From assembly GCA_964187785.1 (NCBI GenBank), contig OZ076409.1, positions 14,448,001-14,512,000 on the forward strand: 64,000 bases of DNA, read 5' to 3'. Shown here in pieces: positions 1-12,052 of this stretch (positions within the stretch are counted from its first letter, which is position 1; each line of letters starts with the position of its first letter). The notes below the pieces were generated by a model that was given only the letters and a program-made list of their open reading frames with translations, did not search any database and was not told the origin of the DNA. This stretch comes from Amphiscolops sp. MND2022 (Eukaryota). The translations under genes and the position numbers were made by a program.

Positions 1-2
1 TT

Positions 3-1663
3 TACAATGACCGTATAGTTATCCCAGAAGCGATGAGACCGACGATTATCACCATGCTACACAACGGACATGTATCAACAAACAAGATGGACAAGTCCGC
101 GGAGGCTTTCTGGTGGCCGGGCATCCACCGTGAGATTTGAGACAAAGCCGAGAATTGCCCCAGCTGCCGAATCGCAGGTAAGAACTTAAAAACACAAATA
201 CCGCAATCGGAGATAAATAGACTCGAAATTTTAACTGAACCCGGACAAGAAATCCAGATGGACTTCGCCGGCCCGATAAGATCAAAATCACGCGGAAACG
301 TCTATATTTTAGTTGCAATCGACCGTTTTAGCAAATGGCCAACGGCCCAAATTTGTAAAAACACGGACTCTCAAACCGTAATAAAGTTTTTAATAAAATA
401 TTGTGCCGATAACGGAACGCCACAAACCATACGTACCGACAACGGTAGTTGCTTTAAAAGCAAAGAATTCAAAGACTACTGCAATGGCGAAAACATTACA
501 AGAATACGGTGCACACCGAATTTACATACGGGAACCGGATTGGTCGAAAGAACTAGTTAAGTCGCAATTGTTAAGAACACAATTAAGTCGCTAACTAGAG
601 CTAATTTAGAAGACAATTTAACTTTTGAAGAGAGTGTCAACAAGGCATTAAAACCATTAAGCAAACACAACACAGCACTCTGAAAATGACACCTTTCCAA
701 TTACACTACGGGAGAAAACCACGCACGCCAATAACCAATCTGATTGGCCAACCAAATTGCCTATTAGCGAATTGGAAGAAAACACTAACAAATTACATTT
801 TAGCCCAACCTGCCGAATTACAAGTCTTTACGATACACGACTCAGATGGAGAACTGGCCGATTACTTGATACTCAATGAGTCAAGAAAGAGGGGACGATC
901 GGTAAGGGACAGTTTTAAAAATTACCAATTCTTCGAAAAGGAAAACAAACCCAATGCACTAAAATGTAGATTCAAAACGGATAAAATTTTAACTGCAGCC
1001 AGAGAGACCAAACATACCATAACAACTACGGATGATAAAATCATCCATAAGAAACTGGCATCTAACCCTTTAAAATATCAGCCACTGAAGAAAAACGAGG
1101 AGACCAGAAAACCGACCAAACGGTGCACAAGATGTGGACGATTCAGTAATGGAGAATTATGCGACACCCACAAAAGGATAAAATCAGAGCTACAAAGACA
1201 ATCGACCAGCTCGGAAACGTTCCCAATGATGCCCGCCAACCAGACCAAAAAAATCACGGATGTCACCATAATCTCCGATAGTCAGTCATCTCAAGCGGAA
1301 GAACCACCGCTCACGGACAATACCGACACTGAAATCACCGTCACGGCAGACATAAAGTACAATACCAGTAACACGGACGGGACAGTGGCCAAATCGAAGG
1401 AAAGCCAAACACCCGAAATCCTACCACCCATCAGTTGCAGTACGGAACTGGCACAACACCGTACCAACAAGGACCCTGACCAAACCCCAACTGGATCACC
1501 ACAAAAAGACTCAAATTCAGCAAATAAAGGTGTAGTAGAATTTAATATAGAGGTTGAGGAGAACAAGCCAAAAATCGTAGAGGGGGGAAAAGGGATCCGT
1601 AGATACAATAGAATCAAAAACGCAAAAAGAGTTAATAAAATGGGTGGCATAGAATATTTTTGA
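3..1663 (+). pseudogene. Gypsy pol C-terminus: integrase (HHCC zinc-binding domain, DDE core, C-terminal extension), disrupted
   Basis: Manual translation: LHNGHV...AFWWPGI...CPSC (HHCC), then MDFAGP...LVAIDRFSKW...IRTDNGSCF...GLVERT (rve core), then MTPFQLHYGRKPRT. One in-frame TGA near 138, a small insertion near 555-590 and a frameshift near 655. Confidence 0.92.
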
Positions 1664-1810
1664 CAACTCTCGAACTATTCTAGATCCAAAGCCAAAAAGA
1701 CAGAAGAAGATCGTACACGTCATCCGGAACACAGTCAACATACAGAAGGCCGGAAACAAGAACGCCTGAGACATTCAAGAATAGTTCCCACAATCCCGAA
1801 GAGGGGGGAA

Positions 1811-2013
1811 TGTAGAGGTGAAAGTTACATAGTCTAGACAGACTTAATTGAACATTTAAGTACCTGCCTATGAACTATAAAGTACATCCTCATCATTTAG
1901 TAGTTGCCTTCGATGCTATATGGATAGATACTGATACTCTAGTACTCTTTGCTATAGAGAACATTCTCTTCTTAATTTGAACTTCTTAATTCTATCTTTT
2001 CTGCGAGTCTACA
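1811..2013 (+). repeat. 3' LTR of the Gypsy element (203 bp)
   Basis: Starts TGTAGA right after the PPT and ends TCTACA (6-bp terminal inverted repeat); TATA-like CTATAAA near 1875. Confidence 0.8.
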
Positions 2014-2680
2014 ACAGTTTCAGAAAAAGATTGTTGCAGATTTTCACTGCAGCTACAACCAGTGCAATGGAAAGTTCATATTTCCAACTTCGTTCCCAAC
2101 TTGACCACTTTTTTCTTCTCATATTATCAGCTGGCGTAATCACCTCTTATCAAACCTTCTTCTGAAGGTGATGCTAACTTGATGTCCATAGGGTGACTGA
2201 ATTTATTACTTTTTAGATTATATTATTGGTAGAAATGATAAGGTCTCAGCAACATGTAGGAGATTCAAAACTGTTTCTTAAATCTCGCCAAGTCTAACAT
2301 GTTCATTTGCTACCAATTTTCAATTTCATCTCGTTGGGAGCTTGAAAGTTTAAACAACATTTTTGGATAATATTTCACACTAAAATTTCCGTCTATGTTG
2401 GATAAACTTGTCATAGTACTACTAATCGGTAGTCTCCAGAAATTGTTGGAAATTTCAAACAATTTAATTGAACCAACTGAAATCATTATTTGAAAGCGTA
2501 GATGCTTCGTTGGGATTATTATCTCTTTATTTGTTGAACAGACAAATTGAAAATTATTCTGTGGCTGAATAACAAAGTATACATTTTGTTTTTAAACCAT
2601 GAATGTCGATAATCAAAAATTCAATGCGATGGCTGCATATATAAAGTTTTTATGACACATCAAGAGGAACTTCTCACCAC

Positions 2681-3046
2681 TTTTTATTTTCCGACCCACA
2701 TTTTCAATGGGGAGGAAAATCATCATCTGTGTTGCGTTTTTTTTTCCAAATTCTGCCAAAGCTCCACTTTGTACAACTCCACTCCACTTACTCAGTCTCC
2801 CTGCTCAGCCTTCATCCTTCATACTGAGATGGGAATAATATCTAAAGTAAAAATGGGATTACGATCTAAAGGGAATAAGATCTAAAATTTCAGGACGGGA
2901 ATAAGATCTAAAGGGAATAAGATCTAAAATCACTAAATTTTAGATCTTATTATTAAGATCCTATTCCCCTCCCAAAATGGCTATGGCTCAAGTGATGAAG
3001 GCGAAAAGGAAGGAAAATATCCCGGTGCTTAGCGGGCGTCTTGTTT
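2681..3046 (+). mobile_element. Non-autonomous Helentron/DINE-1-like element, family B
   Basis: 5' TATTTTCCG with a nearby partial inverted copy (GGAAAAT); 3' GGAAAATA + stem-loop CCCG-N8-CGGG + CGTCTTGTTT. Homologous in reverse to 24988-25340. Confidence 0.6.
2826..2953. repeat. Short element made of ~16-bp GGGAATAAGATCTAAA repeats with inverted copies at the right end, nested in the family B copy
   Basis: About five direct units at 2831-2929, then inverted TTTAGATCTTATT and AAGATCCTATTCCC. Confidence 0.7.
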
Positions 3047-3609
3047 GACAGATAATTTGTAAAAATAATCCCTTCTCTTCTGGTCATTTTCTGTACCTTT
3101 GTTCAGGGTGCCACTTAAAACGACGACTGTTGGAATATTCTAGAAATATATTACTATCCATACATGTGTGTTTCCATATATTCATGTGCGATAAGACAAT
3201 TGAGAAATAGTTCATTTGCAATTCATGTGAAAATTGGTGAATGTTGAACTTTGAAAGAATATTTCATGTTGCCGACACAATTTTTAATAAACCTTGGTAC
3301 CACTAAGCCCTATCCGGTTGCGCTTTGAACTGCAAGACAATCGATAATTTTCAGACTCGAGTAGTCGACGCCAGCCACCAATGTTCAGGTGAATGGAAGA
3401 AAGCAAGGAATTTTCAAGAATGCATAATTTTGCAACGTTCGGGACATACAACGCATGACTTTTTGGAAGCACAGTTTTAATTTTGAAGTTATCTCACCGT
3501 CTCGTGTTGATTTGGTCAAGTTTTTTTCTATCAAACAATCGTATCTCCAAAAATATTTTTCAAAATTCTTCGAAATAATTCAACTAGTGATGTTAAACTT
3601 TTTAGAGTT

Positions 3610-4085
3610 TTTAGTCGGCGCTTTCCTTGAGAAAAGATTCGACTATAGTCAGGGCTTTTCGTCTGTATTTTTTTAGATACACCTGAAGTGACCAAAATAG
3701 TTCTGCCAAAAGTTCTACAAAATTTTACATTGTACCTGTTGGCCCAAGGAGCTGAACCAAAAAGTTTTTCCTTTTTTTCCACGTAACATGCATTACCGGG
3801 CGAGACTGAAGGGTGCCCATTTCAATTTTTTTTCGGCATTGTGCGACTGACTTTTTTCGAAAAAAATTTCCCCCAAAGGGTCCCCCTTCATTTTTTTTGG
3901 AGTTTTGCAACAGAATGGATGTTGAAAAATCCTAAACGAAGAGTCCTCCCATTCAGTTTTTTTCGGCATTGTGAGACTTATTCAAAAACTTTTTTCGGGT
4001 GCTGTAGAAGAGAATACTTTGACACTTTGAAGTCCTTTTGCTATTTTTGAGCCTAAGATATGGCGCCGACTTCAGCTGGCTTGTT
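3610..4085 (+). mobile_element. Non-autonomous Helentron/DINE-1-like element, family A
   Basis: TTTT-AGTCGGCGC at the 5' end with a nearby partial inverted repeat (CGACT); GCGCCGACT and GGCTTGTTT at the 3' end; internal AAGGGTCCCCC / TTTTCGGCATTGTG subrepeats. Confidence 0.7.
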
Positions 4086-4314
4086 TAAGAATGGAGTAGC
4101 AACGCTCTTGTCAGTTTTCATACCTTCAAAAAAGTTCTTGAAAAACTTTTTCGTATGTCACAAATCTATCACTTTAATGTGAATAAATTTCACGTACAGG
4201 AAGTCGAATTTTAATCTAGTTGGTTTGAACAAAAACTGTTTCGCATTTTCAGATTTTGAATTCAATCAAGGCAGTTGTTTTGCGTGACAGAAAAAACGCA
4301 AGACAGAAAAAACG

Positions 4315-4514
4315 NNNNNNNNNNNNNNNNNNNNNNNNNNNNNNNNNNNNNNNNNNNNNNNNNNNNNNNNNNNNNNNNNNNNNNNNNNNNNNNNNNNNNN
4401 NNNNNNNNNNNNNNNNNNNNNNNNNNNNNNNNNNNNNNNNNNNNNNNNNNNNNNNNNNNNNNNNNNNNNNNNNNNNNNNNNNNNNNNNNNNNNNNNNNNN
4501 NNNNNNNNNNNNNN
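4315..4514. other. Assembly gap (200 N)
   Basis: Run of exactly 200 N. Confidence 1.
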
Positions 4515-4590
4515 AAAGAAACGTAGTCCTTTGCATCTATTTTTAGAATTTCGTTGCTAAAATTAGATTGATGACTCCTAATATTTCGAA

Positions 4591-5302
4591 TGTCATGCAA
4601 GGTTAATTATAAATAACAGGGACTGGTAGTCCCGGGGACATAATTTTACTTTAGAGCAGTCACAATCAGTTCGTTGTAAAATACTCGAATAAAATCCTGT
4701 TTGCAAGCCTGAGAACTGAATTCAATTTTTTACCTCTTGCAATAATTTCTTATGCCTTCTACTAGACGTCAGAAAGCAAAAGCTAGAAAATCTAGAGAGA
4801 TGGACATATTGTCCGATATAGAAAATATGGACGTGATGTTTTGGAATGGGAATAGTAATCCCATAGAAAGAGAATTGGCTGATGCTATAGAGCAGTCGTC
4901 AGTACCAGGGGACATCGAGTCAAACACGCACTTGGGAGACCAATATGCTAGTTTTGCTTATGAAGACAACCTCCCCAGGCAAAAACGATGTTAGACAATC
5001 CTTTGAAACTTTTTCAAATGAGTTTAACCTCAGATTTTCTCAAGAGATGGACTCGATGATGTCTATGATGCATAGTCAAATAAATAGAGCCATTAACAAT
5101 GCTATAGCTGAGAAAGTCATTCCTGAGATCCAAAACATTGTGAGCTCTATGTCCTCTTCAGGGAATAGGGACACTGAGGCCAGTGTGTCGCCAAACAGTC
5201 AGGAAAATAGGGAGTGTTCATCCGGGTTCAAATCGAAATTTGCAAAAAAGGACTCACGATCCGCGTGTGATTTGAGAGACACCACAGGCCTTGGTCATTA
5301 CA
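4591..5302 (+). mobile_element. Probable solo LTR (~712 bp) containing an ORF
   Basis: TGTCATG...CATTACA termini (6/7 inverted match), TATAAATA near 4608, AATAAA at 4688. No target-site duplication seen. Confidence 0.55.
4752..5301 (+). pseudogene. Retroelement-derived ORF fragment (~180 aa, possible Gag N-terminal extension) with one frameshift
   Basis: ORFs 4752-4994 and 4945-5430 join through one extra A in the run at 4981-4985 (...LPRQ/NDVRQSFETF...); protein-like, helical composition ends at the CA terminus. Confidence 0.5.
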
Positions 5303-6951
5303 CTACTCTAGTCGGGAAGAAATTGAAATCTTGCTTGTCGCTTGATATGAGTTGTCGCCGTTCGAAAAAATATTGTTCTTGCAAGTTTCTTGCAACACGA
5401 TGCCGGTCTTGCAAGAATCTTGCAAGGTGATGAGCAAGAATCTTGCAAGACATCACTGTTTCTCGCAAGAAACTTCCAAGTTAGAACTTTTAGACCTCCA
5501 ACGACATACAATTCGCGCAAAGCGAGAGAAGCAACTCAAATCGACAACTCCCTACATGAATATTAGATTTTTTTTTGCAATGGGGGAAAACAATAGTTTA
5601 GATATTCCTATGTCATTAGTTTTTTGTATACGCTTCTCCAAAGTGTCTCCATGCTTCTTGTATCAAATCCACCTCGACTGTTTTGATCCTTGTCCTTTCC
5701 ATTAAAATTAAAATAGCAACGAAACAATAGTCTGTGATTTTATGTTGAGTCAAAATGGCGTGACAGGCAAAGTATTGTACATTTTCATAAACTTGAAAAT
5801 TGAATGGGCTAGAAAATGGGAGAAAACTGAAATTTACAGAAGTGAATAATTTCAAATGGTTGGTATATGAAACTATCTGTTTTCTCTTGAATTCAAGCAG
5901 AATTTGTGATCAGCTGAGGATGATACACTGCCGTTACATTTCAGCTTCTTTCATTTTAATATACATAAGGTTTGTCGAAAAACTTTATATATAAGAAAAT
6001 GAACAAAAAGGCCCAAAAAGTGTCGAAGATTTTAAAAAGTTTTGTTGCGTATTCGCTACGCTCGAGCCCTAAAAGAATCCTGTCGCTAAAATAATTCAGG
6101 ACCACTGGGATTTTTCCCGTGGTCAGCGGGAGTCTTGTTAGGTGAATTTCGATGAGTGTTGTTCTGTCTATTTTTAATTAGCGTTTAGGAATCGATGCCA
6201 AGACTAGCGCATAAAAGGTTAGCCCTGAGAGTAATGAATTTTGATCCAAACCAGGGCAATAAGCTACTTGTCCGATTTAGAGTCGATCCTTCGCATCTTT
6301 TGCAGGTGGGAAAGGCCGTGTAAACAATCTCCGAAATTGGCATAATAATAGAAATGACAGGAAAACTGTGGGATTGTTTGTTTTGTTCCAGTGTACTAGC
6401 TGTGATGGGGGTGTTTTTTCCAATAAGACGCGCAGTCAACCGTCCAAGCTTTTTAAAAAGAATCAGAAGGCAGGAGATGTTATTTTATTCATCAACCCGC
6501 CATAAAGACTAGACTTGGCTAGACATCTCTTCGGTAACACATCTTTATTATACTTCGAGGACCAGCCGAAACAAGTCTCCGCCCTGCTTAAGGTTGAGCA
6601 GTTGAAACCAAATCGCCTTCATTCTCTGCAGTCATAAAACATTTACTCATTCAATCGTCCAAATGTACTTCTTAAGGAGACAACACGGTGCTCAAGCAAA
6701 CAACGTGAACAAAAAACAACAGCCGCGAATCTCAGGAAACGCACAGAACAGCCATTGTAAGAGAGGAGTTATGGTCCTTGGGCTTTAAAGATGCCATTGC
6801 AGTTGATGTAGTTTCAGAAGCACTAGATTGTTTTCTCAAATCCGCTTCTAAATGAGGGTTATATTTCGTGTTCAATGCTCATGTCAAAAAGCATAGTCTA
6901 TTTGGTGACCAAGTTATAAATTAGACAACAATAAACTTTGAAGGAGAGATA

Positions 6952-7087
<136 letters not shown>

Positions 7088-7898
7088 TCACAAGGTTTTT
7101 CTTCTGGTACAGTTCACTGGAAGTGAATTAGATCAAATAAAAGCTACACATCCAGTGTTTTTGATTGGATGCATTTCGAAACATCGATAGGTCCTTGTCA
7201 TGGAGTTTCAAATCAACAAAGATTACCGCAATTTCAGGCATTCTTTTAATAATCCTGTGGCTTTTGTTAAGCATTCAATCGGTGATGTTTGATTCGGTCT
7301 GATTGTTAAACAATGTCAATCATCTATATCAATGAATACTTTATTTGAAAAAGATATTTCTAAATATCAATATCGTTGAAGCGTTGTTTTGACTTGGGGC
7401 AATCCGTTCTATAACAGGGTAATTCTGCTGGCGTTCAACATTGAACTCAACAAAAATTGTTGTTCCGCTAGTGTGAATTTTTCTGAAATCGAGAACGAGA
7501 AAATTTGTATCATCTTTTCTTCGAAAAAAAAAAGAATTTTGTGCTCCTCTTGAAAAACAAAAGAGAAAGAGGTTCTCTTCGAAGGCAGTGAAGTTTTTCA
7601 ACAATTCGCATGTGGCTGGTTCTTTCTCGCGCTAAAAAAGACCACAAGCGTAAATGTAAGCTTTACAGGGTCTATGAATGAAACCTTGATTAGGATTCAA
7701 TTCAAACATCAGCTGCTACTTGAGCCGTATTCATGTAAAATGAATAGAAAGCAGAGCATTCAAAACAGCCAATTTCGCTGCGCACCAAACATGTCACCGA
7801 GAGTAAGAGAAAGAATCACGGAAAGTTTGTTTTGTTGCTATGAAGAATGTGGAACGGATGAAAAACACTTGATTATAATGACCGGAGATGGAAGGGTA

Positions 7899-8447
7899 CC
7901 CTTGTTGTGACTGCTTGAACATTTTGCATGTACTTTAATGTTGCCAGCCACTTTTATTATGGTTTTCTAAAACTCTTACGGAAATTTTCATGCGAATATA
8001 TTTCCCTGTTGTATTTAACTTTAATCAAACTGTTTGAACGATTCATCAAAGTTTTGGCGGCAATTTTGAGCATTGAAGTTTCACAGGTTTCAATAAGCAG
8101 CAGCTATAATTTTAAAAGCAGATAAGTTGCTGTCACTTTTACCGCTAATTTAATGCAAAATAACTTCAGCCGGGTAATAAACTGCAAATTAGCGTCATTT
8201 TAGCGCGCTTTTTGAGAAGCGGTGATCACATCAGATGAGTAGTTGAGAAAACAAAGTGTTCATATAAAGTGACCGCGTCGGTATTGAAGTGGTTTTTATT
8301 TTCAAATTTAATTGCAGTAGTGGAAAATGCAGTGTAATTCTACATGATTGACTATCCGAAATTCACTGAATTTTCTAGGTTTTAAAAAAAAATTACCCTG
8401 CATGCAGGACTGCAGCATGTAAAAAGTTCCTGCAATTTCAACTAGAG
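7899..8447 (-). mobile_element. ~549-bp MITE with CCCTAGTTGA-type TIRs (copy 1)
   Basis: TA|CCCTTGTTG...CAACTAGAG|TA; reverse-orientation homologue of 22745-23293 and 46263-46810. Confidence 0.85.
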
Positions 8448-9434
8448 TAGACTTCTTCAGAAATACAAATATACAAATATGATTAAACTCGACCAGCTGA
8501 CGAATTGCGTGAATATTGAACCACTAAAAAAGTTCCAGCTCCATATATTGTTATCTGTACTTATAGTGCGTCTGGTACTAGGCAACTAACTTGTTCTGTA
8601 CTTCGTACACCCGTGGGCAAAAAGTTAATAATAACATGTCACTTCATTGTTTCATTCATTCATAAGATTCACGATAAGGGTGTGGCATATTTTCGTATCA
8701 ACTTTATATCAACATCTCAACTGTAACAGTGAAGTTCTCGAAATAAGAAAAGGAAATGCAGCGTAGAAAACGTGTCTCTGTGTAGCAAATGAACATTTCA
8801 TCACAATACGCTTCCAAAATCGATTTTTTTGGGTCAAAACATCATACAGTTCTAAAAATTACATTTCCGAAAATTTTCAAAATTCAATCCACAAAGAAAC
8901 AATAGATCCTTCAGAAAATCCGAAAAAATGGACGAATGAAAACATTTTACATGAGCTTATTTAGTCTATCAATTGCTACAAATATTCGTGGTTTTTTCGT
9001 CGTTGTTTGCTAGAAATCAACACATGTATGTGAGTTTCTAACCAACATGGCTTCTAAAAATCAGATTTTGGGGGCTAAGGTCTCGAATAAGTAAGAAGTG
9101 GTAAGAAACCGGATTAGATACCATTAGAATAAAAAAGTTTCGTAAACTTGATGAAATTCTGCAAAAACATTTTAAAGAACTGACAAAAGATTTTTTGATG
9201 TCGCAGTGCTGAAAACACCAAAGGTGCTTTCTAACTTTCTGCTGTTGTATGAAGAAGATTTTCAGCTTCAAGTTGTGTGATAAACATTTTTTTTCACGTT
9301 AGAACTGTATGCTTCAAAAAGTGATCAGCAGTTTTGGAACTATTTTTCAAGCGATCAGAATTTTTTGGATTTGTGGAGTTTATGCTGTAACAAAGTGTTT
9401 TTAAAGATTATAAAGGGCCGTTGTAGGGTTTCAA

Positions 9435-10205
9435 ACTCTTGGATGTTGCGAGATAATCACACCCTATGGAAACTCAGGAATCATTTTGATCATTTAATCT
9501 CTTGATCAAATTAATTTGTTAGTTCAGAACATGATAAAATGGAGCGAGCTTGATCTTTGTTTTCAAGCAATAAACTGCAAGAACTTACTTCAAATTTTGT
9601 ATTTTCAGACATTTCAGCTTAATGTTGAGTAGAATGAAGTTGAAAAAATTGTAACCCCTGGGATTTAAAAACTTGTCACATGACCCAAAAAGTATTTGTG
9701 CACTGCACTGGACGAAAATTCTGCAGAATGATATTTTATGCTAATTTTGTCCGTAACGATTAGCTTAAAATTTCAAATTGAAGCACATCTAACTAAGTTT
9801 ACCAAGAGTCTCAAGAAAACTTTTCTTGAGACTCTTGGTAAACTTAGTTAGATGTGCTTCAATGTGAAATTTTAAGCTAATCGTTACGGACGAAATTAGC
9901 ATACAATATCATTCTGCAGAATTTTCGTCCAGTGCAGTGCACAAATACTTTTTGGGTCATGTGACAAGTTTTTAAATCCCAGGGGTTACAATTTTTTCAA
10001 CTTCATTCTACTCAACATTAAGCTGAAATGTCGGAAAATACAAAATTTGAAGTAAGTTTTTGCAGTTTATTGCTTGAAAACAAAGATCAAGCTCGCTCCA
10101 TTTTATCATGTTCTGAACTAACAAATTAATTTGATCAAGAGATTAAATGATCAAAATGATCCCTGAGTTTCCGTAGGGTGTGATTATTTCGCAACATCCA
10201 AGAGT
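9435..10205. repeat. 771-bp palindrome: two 385-bp arms with a 1-nt spacer at 9820
   Basis: ...AGTCTCAAGAAAA C TTTTCTTGAGACT... at the centre; arms align without indels, about 8 substitutions counted by eye. Confidence 0.97.
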
Positions 10206-11050
10206 ATTTTTTATCCCAAATACAATGTATAAATTCTCATTAAATAGCATGATGTAATTTTTCATCGGTGAACACTCAATTCCCCAGATGAATATTCTGT
10301 GCCGTGGGCATTTAGCGACCCCATTAGTAACAACTGATCGCATATTTCTCTTAATTATTTTTCAGGTCATCCCAGTAATGGGGTGTACATTCACAAAATG
10401 ACATAATAGGGCATTGAAATGGAAATTTCCAGCGATAAAACACTCGATTTAATATACTCGGGTATATATACATGGTATAAAATAGATGGGTTGACATACA
10501 CACAGTTTTAAAGTAATCCCGGATTGGAAAAAATGTCCCTGAATTTTATGAAGAGTTTAAAAGAAATGTCAGTGTGATGTCAAGGAATTATTGATGTTTA
10601 TTTCGAATGACATACAAAGCCTTTACCCGATGCAGATAAGCTCGGTGATGATTATTTGAATTTAATGAGAACCAAAAAAGATAATGTGATTCAATAAACA
10701 GACTGAGAATTTTGTAACGGTGCACATGTATGAGATGGTATATTCTATTGACAAATTGTACCTCGGCTTTTCCTTATACAACGCGTGGTATCATGTTCCT
10801 GGTTACATGCTAATAAAGGAAATAAAACCCAAAATGGTGGGAGGCAAAATTTCGGAACCAAATATCGGATATCAAATTGAACAAAACATGTCGTAACTCT
10901 TTTTTTTACCACAACACTGATCAACAAATCCCTGTTGCGGTTCAAACCGACTCCGCCCTTCTAATAATATAAACAGTAGAAAAAGAACAATCAAGTGAGG
11001 AAATTTTTAAAAAGTACTCAATATCTGCAAGATCGTAAGATCCCCAACTC

Positions 11051-11501
11051 GGACCATGTCATCTATTCCCCCCCAGGTACACCTTGTTGGGAATTCAAAC
11101 ACGAAAGCACATTTTGTTCTTGAACAAAAATATTCCACTAATAAGAGAATATTATATGAATGTATATACTTAGAGGATTATCTCTAGAACTGTTTGGACA
11201 CTTCAGGTTAGAAAAATACCATAATTTTTTGATATTATTGTCCAAAATAGCAGAAGTTCACGTTTTGAACAAGCTAAAACCGTATAAAAAATGCCCCTGT
11301 TTCAGCGCAGAGTTTGTCCGCTATAAAATCTAATGAGCGACTTTTAACTGAAAGTCAATGTAATGGATAGCATTATGTCGAAATCAGTTATTTTATTGGA
11401 CCAAAATTCCAACGCAAACGATGTCGGCATTATGGTTTTTGTACCTTGTGTCTTATTTCCCCCATACCGAGTTTGGGGGGGGGGGGAAGATGACATGGTC
11501 C
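11051..11501. mobile_element. MITE with GGACCATGTCATCT TIRs and an 8-10 bp target duplication (Merlin- or Mutator-like)
   Basis: GGACCATGTCATCT...C-run / G-run...AGATGACATGGTCC; CCCAACTC lies directly on both sides. Confidence 0.85.
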
Positions 11502-11561
11502 CCCAACTCGAAAAGAGCATTTTAAGTAACAATATTCTTGCAATGCTAGAGAAATCTTTTT

Positions 11562-12052
11562 AACAACCCGGGAACGGCATAAGTCAGCGCCATATCTAAG
11601 GCCCAAAAATAACAAAAAGACATTAAAGTGTCAAAAAACTCAAAGTATCAAACTAACGAAAAACCCAAACGACGGAACTGGCGCATCAGGTGCCCGCTAG
11701 CGCGGGTCCCTGTCGCGCTAAAAAAGGGATCCTTTCGTATTTTTTAACATCCGTCGTTGCAAAACATCAAAAACTTGAAGTGGGAACCCTTTGGCGAAAA
11801 AAATTTTTCCAAAAAAGTCTCACAATGCCAAAAAAACTGAAAAGGGGGACCCTTTAGGCTCTCCCGGTACGGTATGTTACGCGGAAAAAGCGGAAAAACT
11901 TTTTTGGTTCGGTTTGCTAGGCCAAATGATTCAATTTGGGACCATAAAATTTCGTAGAACTTTTAAGAACTATTTTGGCCAGTTCGTGTGGATTGGAAAA
12001 AAGAAGAGTAACTATAATAGTCGCGTTTCGCTTCACTAAGCGCCGACTAAAA
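11562..12052 (-). mobile_element. Helentron/DINE-1-like family A copy
   Basis: GCGCCGACTAAAAA at 12040-12053 and AACAACCCGGGAACGGCATAAGTCAGCGCC at 11562-11591 are the reverse complements of the family A ends. Confidence 0.75.

Larger units (their letters stand above)
1..2013 (+). mobile_element. Ty3/Gypsy LTR retrotransposon, 3' portion (integrase, PPT, 3' LTR); runs off the left window edge
   Basis: Integrase motifs at 3-1663, purine tract GAAGAGGGGGGAA at 1798-1810 directly followed by a TGTAGA...TCTACA-bounded 203-bp segment. Confidence 0.93.

Noticed and set aside
4249..4600. ORFs spanning X runs
   Set aside because: Artefacts of the 200-N gap.
6185..6640. Coding-looking GC-richer segment (84-aa minus ORF)
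   Set aside because: No recognisable motif or consistent splice signals in any frame.
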